Assembly (NCBI GenBank): GCA_024137785.1
Contig: JAHRHZ010000002.1
Span: 13,429,947-13,493,946, forward strand
Source: Ginglymostoma cirratum
Lineage: Eukaryota
Reading direction: 5' to 3'
DNA: 64,000 nucleotides
Position numbers and translations under genes: made by a program. Below, piece after piece: positions 53,848 to 64,000 of the stretch. The notes beneath the pieces were generated by a model, which was not told where the DNA came from, made no database searches, and saw nothing but the letters and a program-made list of their open reading frames with translations. The first letter of the stretch is position 1. Each line of letters starts with the position of its first letter.

Positions 53848-54392
53848 CTGCAGTGAAATAACGGTAAATATTTATTTAATACTTTTCTGTGAAATCTTCA
53901 TCTATTCAAGAAATTCATTTGTCGAATTTTCGTTACACATTCTTTATAACAGGTACATGTGCCCTTGGTTAGGACTCAAAAAAATCGCATACAATACTCC
54001 AGACATGTTCACCCTGAAGCTGTAATAGATATTCTATCCCTCAATTCCGTTACAATGTACTATTTTTCTTCTTCATTGCCTAATTATTCACTGTACCCAT
54101 GTGGATTCAATGTACCTGTAGTGTACTTTGATGAAAAATGCACAGATCGAAACTCCAAGGATGCCAAACCGACATCACAGACACTCTGCCCTCCAAGGCA
54201 CATATCATCGTGGTCTGGAAATATATTGCCATTAATTTAACCGTGCTTGGTCAAAATTGTGGAATTGGCAATGTGGGCAACTTCACTACATGGGCTGTAC
54301 TTGTTCCAAAAGCATCTGGGAGCACATTCTAAGAGGATATTAGAATGGATGTTCACCACAAAGAATAGGCATGGCCAATAATTAATTCTTAC

Positions 54393-54416
54393 TGGTAATC
54401 ACTCCTTTCTTTAAAT
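54393..54416 (-). CDS. Microexon 2 (24 nt): DLKKGVIT
   Basis: atatttctttattttag|ATTTAAAGAAAGGAGTGATTACCA|gtaaga. Counterpart of the ELKGTTKT exon. Confidence 0.7.
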
Positions 54417-55479
54417 CTAAAATAAAGAAATATTTTAATTAAACGCAAATTCTGCCCAGTTTTATATCACTCGGAATATAACATACCATGTTATTTTATA
54501 ATTGTACTGAATTAGAATGCAATTATACACCAGAGTAAATCATCTCGACCCTTGGAGAATGTTGTCATTAGTTGGTATCGACATAATTTGTGATGAAAGC
54601 TTTGCCAGATAAGTGAAAATAACTTTAGGTATTTTAATGTAGATTCCCATATGTTCAAAAGTGTCAAAATAATGTACATTCCTTCACAGTTTCAGCCATT
54701 GGAGTGCAGTTTGCTGGATGATCAAATGGATCTGCTCACAGTTCCATAGAGCATCTGTTAGTTTCCTTTCAACCAGTGGAATTAAATGACAGAGACTAAT
54801 GAGGCAGGCAGTGTATCTGAAGCTGCCGCATTCTGACAACCGTAATGAAGACGTTCTCCAAAACTAGCCGTGTCTCTAGCCTAGCTGTTCCAGTACAACT
54901 AAAACACTGGTAGTCACTCCAAAATGTGGAAAATTAGCTAGGTACATTGACACACAGCATAAAATAAATCCAGTCAGACTGATAATTGTTTATTCCATCT
55001 ATTCACAGTTATTAGCAAAATGATCGATTGTGATGGCAAGCATTTCTTTTAAAGACATAACCTGATCACTGGTACCCCGTGTTGCTTCTGTGTCACTCGG
55101 ATTCTGACCTTGCTGAATGTGTGTTTCAAGCATGGACAAAAGGTTTAGACTCCAGAGGTGAGGTGACAGAGACTGCCCTTCAGATCAAAACGTCATTCAT
55201 TGTAGTGTGAAGGAACTGGCAAAAGTAGAGTCTATGAGACTGAGAGGAAACTTTCCTCTGGCTGACTTGCACCGAGCACAAATGTAAACAATTGTGTTTC
55301 TCGTCTCAGCCCGATGTAAGCACTGCATGAATTCCTTAGAGTGTGAAATAGGCTTAAAACTTTCAGCGGCTTCATCAAAGAATTCCATCCATCTTAAAAT
55401 CTGAAATAAAACTGAAGAATTCGTATCTACTGGCGAAAAAGGTGGAGGCTTAGGCTAAATTTTGTAATTAATATTCATC

Positions 55480-57390
55480 CCACACACGTGGCAGGCAATA
55501 ACATTCTCCATCAGAATACAATCTAAACTAACCCCTGGATTTTCAATCAAATTACAATCACTGAATCTTCCACTATCAACATTTTGTGAGTTACTATTGT
55601 CCAGAATCTGAACTGGAATAGCCATATAAATGCTTGGCCTACAAAAGCAGGCCAGATTTTAGAAATTTTCTAGCTAGAAGCTCATCCAATTCCTGGCTGC
55701 CTTGTACAAGGCAGAAGTCAGTCATATAATGGAATACTTGTGACATGTCTGATGGATACAGCTCCAACACATTCAAGAAGGCAACATCATCCAGGAAAAA
55801 AAGAACTGCCTGAAAAGTAACCGTACAACACCTTTGTCACCTTTTTTGGTGCTCCATCCACCATCAACACACAGGCCTGAACCGCGTGATGCCCTCCACA
55901 AATTCTCCACCACCAGCATCTTCCAAGCATGCACCCACTACCACCTGAAGACCTGGGCAGAAAATTCATGGAAACATCACCTTCTGAAAGCTCCCTTACA
56001 AGCCACACACTATCCTGTCTTGGAAATTTAGCAATAAATGTGGAGGTGTAGGCCATTCAAACTCTCGAGGCTGCTCCAAAATTGAATACCATCATGGTTG
56101 ATAGTCGAGTTCAATATTCTCATGTCATGCCCTCCCTTATCTCTTGATTCTTTTAGCCACAAGGACTATATCTACCTCTTTATTGAAGACACATAATGTT
56201 TAGGCCTTACTACTTGAGTTAGTGAATGCCACAGGCTCACGACTTCCTGGGTGAAGAAACTTCTCCTTACGGAATAGAATTGAATCCAGACAGTGTTGAA
56301 GCAGGACATTTGGCCCATCGAGTCCACACCGACCCGCTGAAGAGCATCCCACCCAGACTCATCTCATCCCTCTAACCCTACATTTCCCATGACAAATCCA
56401 CCTAGCCTGCACGTTCCTGGATGCTATGGGTAATTTAGCAAGATCCGTCCACCTAACCTGCACATCTTTGGGCTGTTGGAGGAAACCGGAGCACCGAGAA
56501 GAAAGGTGTGTAGACACGGCAAAATGGGCAAATTCTGCACAGAGAGTCACCCGAGAATGGAATTGAACTTGTGTCCCAGCCACTGTGAGGAAGCAGTGCT
56601 ATCCACTGAGCCATTTTGCTAGCCCGTGCCTTAATCCTAAAATATACTTAATCAAATATGCCCTGTTTCTGGAGTTTCTCACCAAAGGGAACATCTTTCC
56701 TGCATTTAGTCTGTCTACCCTGTTAGAATTTTATAGGATTCTATGAGACCCCTTGTTCTTCTCAACTCCAGTGATTATAATCCAAACTGGCTCAATCCCT
56801 CCTCATGCACTGGTCCTGCTTTCAATCTGGTAATACCTCACTGCACTCCCTCTATAACAAGAATGTCATTCCTCAGATAAAGAGGCCAAAATTGTAGAGA
56901 TTAGCTTCTCCAATGCCGTGTATAATTGCAGCAAGTAATCCTTGTTGCTGTACTCGAATCCTATCGCTATGAAAACCAACATACGGTTTGCCTCTTTTAC
57001 TGCCTGTTGCACCTGCACATTTTACTTTCAGTGACTGGTGCAGGAGAGCACCAAAGTCACTTTGACCATTCCCCTCTCTCAATTTGCAACTATTCAAATA
57101 ATAATGGCTTCGTATTTTTGCCACCAAAATGGACAACTTCACATGTACCCATATTAAACTTCCATCTTTTATGCATTTGCCCACACACCCAGCCTGTGCA
57201 ATCATACTATATTGCTTTTCTTTCATTGTCGCTGTTTTACAATTCTGGACCTCCTTCTGTACCGTACAATAGGCGTCCTTACACCCTGAAGATTGCAGCA
57301 GTTCAAGAAAGCAGTTCACCTTTACTATCCCCAGACAACTAAGTATAGATAATAAATGCTTCCCTAGTTAGCGGCACTCACATCCCATGA
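55480..57390. mobile_element. Nested LINEs: + strand L2/CR1-clade fragment interrupted by a - strand CR1 (about 56035-57200)
   Basis: ccagaatctgaactgg..ccatataaat motif on the + strand; CR1 3' end ggccattcaa.. at 56050; + strand tail resumes near 57230. Confidence 0.7.
56272..56625 (-). mobile_element. Full-length HE1/V-SINE inserted into CR1
   Basis: tRNA head (tggctcagtggatagcactgct), V-domain (ggtgctccggtttcctccaacagcccaaagatgtgcaggttagg), CR1-type tail. Confidence 0.9.
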
Positions 57391-58149
57391 ATTTATTAAA
57401 GAAGGGAACAGTTAATATGGAGATGCTAATCTCTGAATCAAACCTAAATTGTAGCAGAGACAGAGTCCATTCTGGATGGATTGCTATAATTAAAGCTTAC
57501 ATGGAGTTGCACTAATTTTCACCAGAATTTCCCTGATTTTGTAATATTTATTTATGAAATCCACAATCCCATTAGAATTGTTTCTTATTCTGTTCCTATG
57601 TTCTGCCATTTTCACAGATCAGTTCCTATTAACACTGAGCACTCTGTCTGTCCTTAGAAGCCTTTTGCAACTTTGTTATTAAACTATATGGTGTATCATA
57701 ATACCAAGTGCTGAAATGCATCGCTTCACTGTTTCTAATGTTTAATTAAATGTAATACTTCTGTGTCTAATTTGTAAGACAGTGATCCTAGCAGCTGATC
57801 TTGGGGAATATTATTGTTTATCATTCTTTACTCCAGATCATTTACCACCATACCTGTCTTTAAACTACACATTCTGAGATCTACACTTCAAGGGATTGAT
57901 CTCTTACATGACCCTAAATGTTATTAACCTCAGTTTCACGTGGTATCTTAGTTAAAGCTTACTTACACCTGTCATCACCTTCAATAACTTAATTTGTTAT
58001 TTCATCAAAACAATTAAATTAAGCCAGTGTGTCAAGATCTGTCTGTACAAATAAATAAACACTACTTAAATATTCTAAATTACTTCAAATTTGCCTGAAG
58101 TCTTCCACAATTATGATTCCTGATGCTAAATCACCATCACTTTTAAAGT

Positions 58150-58318
58150 CAACAAAGAACCATGGATGCTAGACATCTGAAGCAACAACAGAATTACTGG
58201 AGAAACTCAGCAAGTCTGACAGTATGTGCGGAGAGAAAGCAGAGTTAAAATTTTGTGTCTAGTGATTCTTCTTTAGAACGTTAATTCTGCATTCTCTGCA
58301 CAGATGTTGCCAGACCCT
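58150..58318. mobile_element. Short fold-back element (family of 21665)
   Basis: gtctgacagtatgtgcggagagaaagcagagttaa / ttaattctgcattctctgcacagatgttgccagac inverted arms. Confidence 0.7.
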
Positions 58319-60783
58319 TGCATTAAGTCAAGGCTTTACAATTATAGAAAAAAAAAACATTCGGAAATCTGCTGACTGCACCTGTCTTATTTTAGCATGT
58401 GGATTGCCATTCGTTTCAACAAGGCGACTTACCTTGCCCAGAATATCGCCTTGCTATCACCACACACCCAATACAGCATGCTTATCAATTGGCGCAGCAA
58501 CCATTATCCCTAATGAAGTTGCTTACATCATTGTGTGTCAACACGTGTTTATTCGTGGTATTGAAAATCACATATCATGTATTCTAACCTATACTCCACT
58601 TCTAAGCACTTACCTTAAATGACACTATCTCATATCCTGAAACTTGCTGCTGTTTGGAAAGGTTTTCATTGACTTTTATGTTTGATGCCACCTTATTTTC
58701 ATGTTGCTACATTGTCTGTCTAATATTTCTCTTCAATTTCGCTTTTAACATATTGTATTTGATCTGGTTTTGGCTGGAATACTTGACCTGATATGGCATC
58801 ATTGTCCTTTTCTTAGACGTCATTTTCTTTATGTTTTCAGTAATCCAATGGGTCTTGTCTTTTTTCTCTTTTTATTCTTACTTGGTTATAGGAGTCTCTG
58901 GCTGCACTGGAATTCATTCCTCTTCTCTACTTCCTATACCGTTCTATTCAGCGGTTGTTATAGTGCACATTGACTGCATCTGAAAAACAAAAAGTTGCTT
59001 GTTGTCCCCTTACATTGGGTCCTATCAGACATATTACCTTGTATTAATCCTCTCACATCTTATTGAAAATTTCTGCCCCCAGTCGAGAAGATCTGTTGTA
59101 GATTGTCTGCCCTTGCTCATCACTAAATTAAACCTTTTGAAATGATTGTGCCACTTGCACCATCGCTATTCCACACTCCTCGTACTTAGTCCAATTCATC
59201 CATCACTACCCCCATTCCTACGTACAGCACCTGTGATCTACTTAAACTGAGAATATTCTGAAAAATGAATTTTTCATGAACACACCTCCAAATCCATCCA
59301 TTCCTGATCACTTACCCTAAAATGCTGCATTCAATATTTGAGTAATTCAATTCTCCCAGCATTACTATACGATTTCGCTTTTCCACCTTTGTTATTTCAC
59401 TGTATAATAGCACATTTACCTTTTGGGAGGTGCGGCTATAGGCAGAAATGCCCATTATGACCTGATCAGTATGTTCTTGGGTACTTCATGGAAATGGGCC
59501 ATCCCTCCACACTTCTTTGTTAAAGAAAGCCAATCCTTGTGAATGTTGATTGCCAGCCTGCAGCTGCTAGAGTTTCTGACTATGTGTGGTCACCAACAAT
59601 TAGTAGCTTACTTACACATCTATCGGCACAATGGTGGCTGTTGGCCAGTTTGAGGAGTGGTTCTTTTTACGAAGGATTGTAACTGCGGCCAGAGGATTTT
59701 GTTTTTGTTAAGCAGATCTAAAACTGATAAGATGATGTTTCATGTTGGAAGTAAACTCGAGTTCTGCCTCCGACAGTGGTAACATCCTATTTGATAGCTG
59801 TCCTTTACAGGCAGAAATCCATTATAATGTTCTTCAATAAAGAGTACAGAGAATTCAGAAAAAAAAATCCTTAGGAAAATAATAGAAGACACTTTCTATT
59901 CACTACCACAGGGAATGGTTGTTCTGATTCAAAGGGATGAATTTAAGGGAAAGTCGGGGAAGCATTTGATAGATGAAACATTTATGTTTAACAAGATGGC
60001 AGCTGACTTGAGTGAAGCATAGACATGCACGTAATCAGGTTGGGCAAAATGATTGGTTTTGTGCTCTATATTACGTATTATTCAGATAATAAGAACAGAA
60101 AATGTCATCCTGTCTGTTTCACTGATCTCCATTCATGTTCCCTCTTCCAGTTTATCAGCTTCTGTACTTCCTCCGAGACTTTGTTACCTCTTAACTTGAG
60201 TTTATGACAATGTTTTCTGTCAGGTATGCTTATTCCAAGTTTGTTGAATTCCTGGGTGTTTTCTTTCCGTTCTTTCTTCTACTTTCTCCAATTTCTGCCC
60301 AGAATTCCGGACAGTTTTTAATTTGTGGGGCTCCCTTTGCCCTCAGGCTCGATTTCTTTTACTATCTCTGACATTTCGTGCCTCTGCCTGTTGTGCAATG
60401 TCAACACAACAAATTAATTCAGTACGTTCTTGGTATCCCAAGGGTTAAAATGCACTCATGTTTGAATGGCTGTTATCATGTTCAAGAGAGAAAGAAAACC
60501 GCAAAACAACAACCTAGCATTCAGTGAACTTATTAAAGCCATTGTTCAAAGCTCAGTTTACTATGGCAGTAGAAATTATTGTTATTAATTGGGCATTATG
60601 AAGTGTTTGTTCCAAACGTTTGCTTACTTGAGAGTACAAAACAAAATTAGAAATCAAAAGCAAATGGATTTACATCAAAAGGTGTGAGGTGACGCTAAAA
60701 AATATGTTGCGAAACGTATTTGAATATGGGAAATTGCGTTATATATCATCTGTTAATGCACATACCCATTTTGAGTACGCTAC

Positions 60784-60807
60784 CTGCGATTTCTTTTATC
60801 TTTTGAA
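60784..60807 (-). CDS. Microexon 1 (24 nt, phase 1-1) of unidentified coiled-coil microexon-chain gene: xQKIKEIA
   Basis: Minus strand ctaatgtggtgctttattttcttattttgtcag|TTCAAAAGATAAAAGAAATCGCAG|gtagcg. Branch-like ctaat and a pyrimidine tract. Same size and pattern as the AEKIAELK exon. Confidence 0.75.
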
Positions 60808-61309
60808 CTGACAAAATAAGAAAATAAAGCACCACATTAGAAGCAGATACATTTTTTGAACAGAAGAGTTAATTTTACATCCCATGTATGAATTTCTCCC
60901 CAGTGTTGAACAGCATGCAAAAAGTCTGGATTATTGCCCTCAATAATATAATGGGTATATAAATATGTGCATAGTGGAACAAATACATTCTGATCCAATA
61001 AGATGTTGCATTTAAAGCTGCACACCTCTTGAGGTTACTTCTCTGTATGCCTTGTTTTGTTTGCCAAGTGGAGTTTTAAACAAGGATGTGTGAGAATAGG
61101 GTGAGAAGACAGTTGAATGGAAGGTTTGGTGTGAAAAGCAGTTCTTGAGTTTCTGGACTATCGGGTGGAACACTACTAACTCCTCTTCTTCCAAGAAATG
61201 GCATTTTCTTGAAAATCAATTCAGAACTCATGTTCAGTTTACCTCTTTCAGAACAACTAAGATGTCCTAAACATGTGAACACCTGAACACCATACATTGC
61301 ATGGTGATC

Positions 61310-63700
61310 ACTAAGACCTAGGAACAGAAGAAGGACTATTGGTCCATCGTCTTTTTCTGCCATTCAATTACCTGGTAGAAAATCTGGTAATTTTCAACTC
61401 CACTTTCCAACAGTGTCCCTATACCATTGACTCCTGATTATAAAAGGTCTGTTATAGCCTCAACCACCCAGCTCAATAACACTACTCAGCATGGAATTCC
61501 ATATATTTATCACCCCAACAGGAAAAAAAATCTTCTCTCCTCTGTGTCAAATGGATGATCCCTTAGTATGACACGTTGCCCGCTTGTCCTTGACTCTCTG
61601 ACCAGTGTACACAACTTCTCAGTATCTACTCTGTGAAATCCCAAGAATCTTGTATGTTTCCTTTTAATCATTCACAGAATTAGGACCGTGCTAGCCATTT
61701 GCATATCCATAATTGTCCAGAGGGCTGATATAAATCAACCAGATTGCTCTGTGCTCCTCAGTCATATATATAGGCCGGATAGGTAAGGACAGAAGTTTTC
61801 TTCCCTAAAAAGCATTCGTGAACTAGATGACTTGTTTGCACAACTGACAATGGTTTCATGGATTTTTAAAAAAACAATTTAAATTCCATTATCTGCTTAT
61901 GACTGAATTTGAACCCAGGTCCCCAAAGAATTATCTGACTTTCTGTACTAATATGCTAGCCTTAATACCACTAAACCATCATCTCCCTTGTGTATTCGCT
62001 GCTCAATCTGCTAAATGAGTATAAGCCCAACCCATTCAATCTACCAGCATAAACTCCTCACTAACAGAAACCAACCCATTCATTCATTTTCTTGACTACC
62101 AGCATGCAACATATTTTTCCTCAAAGCTCAAAGTATTTCAGACGTGGCCTGATCAGTGACCTCTACAGTTTTAGAAAGACTTCCTTGTTCTTATCCCCAA
62201 TTTCCTTTGAAATATAGATGACCAGCCGCTTTGACTTCCTTAATACAGTCTGAAATCGGATGCTAACTTTTGGTGATTTATGCACAGCAACATTCTGGTG
62301 TATTTCCTCTTTAAATAATAGTCGGCTAATCTCATAACCCCATATTATAGTCCTTCTGCCATTTTTTTAAACTATGACGACCTGCTCATATCCCTCTGTA
62401 GATTCTTTATGTCATTCACACTATTTGCCTTCTCATCTATTGTTCTGTCATCCACAAATTTGACGTTAGTATATTCACTTCCATTCTCCCAGACATGAAT
62501 TTATGTTGCAAAGAATTGTGGCCACATGCACTGATCCTATGGCACTCGAGCAGTAACATATCACCACCATGAAAGTGAGCAATTCCCCCCAGTCTCTATC
62601 TTCTATCAGTTAGTCAATCCCTCATGCATGATGATATACTCCCTACTCACGAAAACCATGATTTTTACGTTAAGTAGTCTTGTGTGTGATAACTTTTGCA
62701 TATCCAATTATATTACAGACAGCAGTTTTATTTATCCAACCTTGTTGTGGCGTCCACAACAATCTTTCATAAATTTTCCACGTACAGTTTCTCTTTCATG
62801 AAGCCACAGTGATTCTACCTGATCTCATTATGTATTTCTAAATGTCCTGCTACTTCGTCTTACATAGCAGACTCTAACATTTTCTAAAGACACGTGTTAA
62901 ACTAAATAGTTGGTGCTTACTTTTTCTTTGTCTCCCTCCCTTTTGAACAAGACTGCATTGGCATTTTTCCAATCCTCTGGTAATTTCGTCAGAATCTAAG
63001 GATTCTTGAAAGATTACTTCATGCACCCATTACTTCTGTATGTTTGTTTTCAAATCCAATATTGCAATCCATCAGGTCCAGGGAACTTATCTGCCATTAA
63101 CCCCGAGCGTTTCCAATATATATTTTTCTTGTAATAATTATTATGGTTGTTTCTTCACATTTTGTCCCTTGATTATTTCAGTAGTTTGGAATCTCATTAG
63201 CATCTTTTACCATGAAGGCGGATAAAAAGCATTTATTCAGCTCTTTTATTATTTTCTGGTTCTACGATGTTATTCCCCACTTTCACTTTGTCACTTTCTT
63301 CCTTTTCGTATCTTTAAAGAAGCTTTTACAGGGCATTTTAGTACTATTCTTCATTTACCTTCATAGTTTCTTTTATTCCTATTTGCTAATTTTGGTCATC
63401 TTTGGTTGCATTTTATTCTGTTTTTAAATCCAACGGTTTGCCATAAATCTTGGCCACATTGTAAGCTATTTTCTCTCAAGTTGGTAGTATCCTTAACTTC
63501 GGTGGTAAACCATTATTGTTTTAATCTCTTTCTAGAATCCCTTTCCCTTACGAGGATGTATCTTCTCAGTGAACCATGAACAGTTTATTTAGACGTCTCC
63601 CATTGTTCCTCAGTCCTCTTTCTGCGAAGCTACTTTCTCTGTCCACTCCAGCTAATCTGCCTTTATCACTATGTAATTATTCAAATGTAATTTGAGCATA
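61310..63700 (-). mobile_element. Long decayed CR1 LINE with SINE insertion
   Basis: 3' end at about 61315; reverse KFVDD motif (tgtcatccacaaatt); GPDG motif (ccatcaggtcc). Confidence 0.8.
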
Positions 63701-63780
63701 AAATAGTGGAATATTAATTTTGGCAGTTGTCCTATCTCATTTTCCTTGAAAAAGTTATGAAACCTAACACACGACACTTA

Positions 63781-63993
63781 CTAGTAGGAACTGCAGATGC
63801 TGAAGAATCTGAGATAACAAGGTGTAGAGCTGGATGAACACAGCAAGCCAAGCAGCATCAGAGGAGCAGGATGTTTCGGGCCTAGACCCTTCTTTGGGGT
63901 CTGGAGAAGGGTCTGGGCCAGAAATGTCAGCCTTCCTGCTCCTCTGATGCTGCTTGGCCTGCTGTGTTCATCCAGCTCTACACCTTCTTATCA
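63781..63993. mobile_element. Compact Penelope-derived palindrome with two back-to-back degenerate hammerhead cores
   Basis: aggtgtagagctggatgaacacagc ... gctgtgttcatccagctctacacct arms; centre tttcgggcctagacccttc / gaagggtctgggccagaaatgtc. Confidence 0.88.
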
Positions 63994-64000
63994 CATGATA

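Noticed and set aside
688-60807. Naming the gene as triadin or a butyrophilin/BG gene
   Set aside because: Only the exon architecture is similar. No diagnostic domain or recognisable sequence is in the window, so no symbol is given.
950-63700. Possible LINE orientation bias relative to the host gene
   Set aside because: Fragments occur on both strands in comparable numbers; too few to test.

Overview
AT-rich, repeat-laden vertebrate DNA. The repeat families (HE1/V-SINE, Deu-type SINE, CR1/L2 LINEs, Penelope-like fold-backs) suggest a cartilaginous fish, probably a shark (inference). Most ORFs in the supplied track are noise or decayed retroelements. Reading the minus strand for splice signals reveals a hidden gene spanning the whole window. 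It is a chain of at least 24 tiny exons (18-36 nt, all multiples of 3, all phase 1-1, all AG...GT bounded), 636 nt in total over about 60 kb (60807 -> 688). Spliced, they give one stop-free frame: xQKIKEIA-DLKKGVIT-TGPKDC-QKDALQVTL-AEKIAELK-ELKGTTKT-GKGKPSKYD-ECKELLQKT-MRQILQKTA-EINALQERMSGE-GPKGKVL-GNLEELYT-ECKKLLQAS-MRQLLLKDI-EIEKLLAQLQAA-AEVLRTKED-ELKELKDRVSGT-GSKTKFS-ESDQQEFI-ECKKLLQAS-MRQLLVKDI-EIGKLQEKLKDA-GIDPSTAG-VSKDSAA. This reads as a modular coiled-coil protein with G/P/K linkers. Duplicated exons differ mostly at synonymous sites, which supports coding selection. I cannot name the gene, and its start and stop lie outside the window. Introns hold many decayed LINEs and SINEs, Penelope-derived inverted repeats with hammerhead-ribozyme cores, and a 400-N gap. 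Repeat boundaries are approximate and exons were found by eye, so some may be missed.
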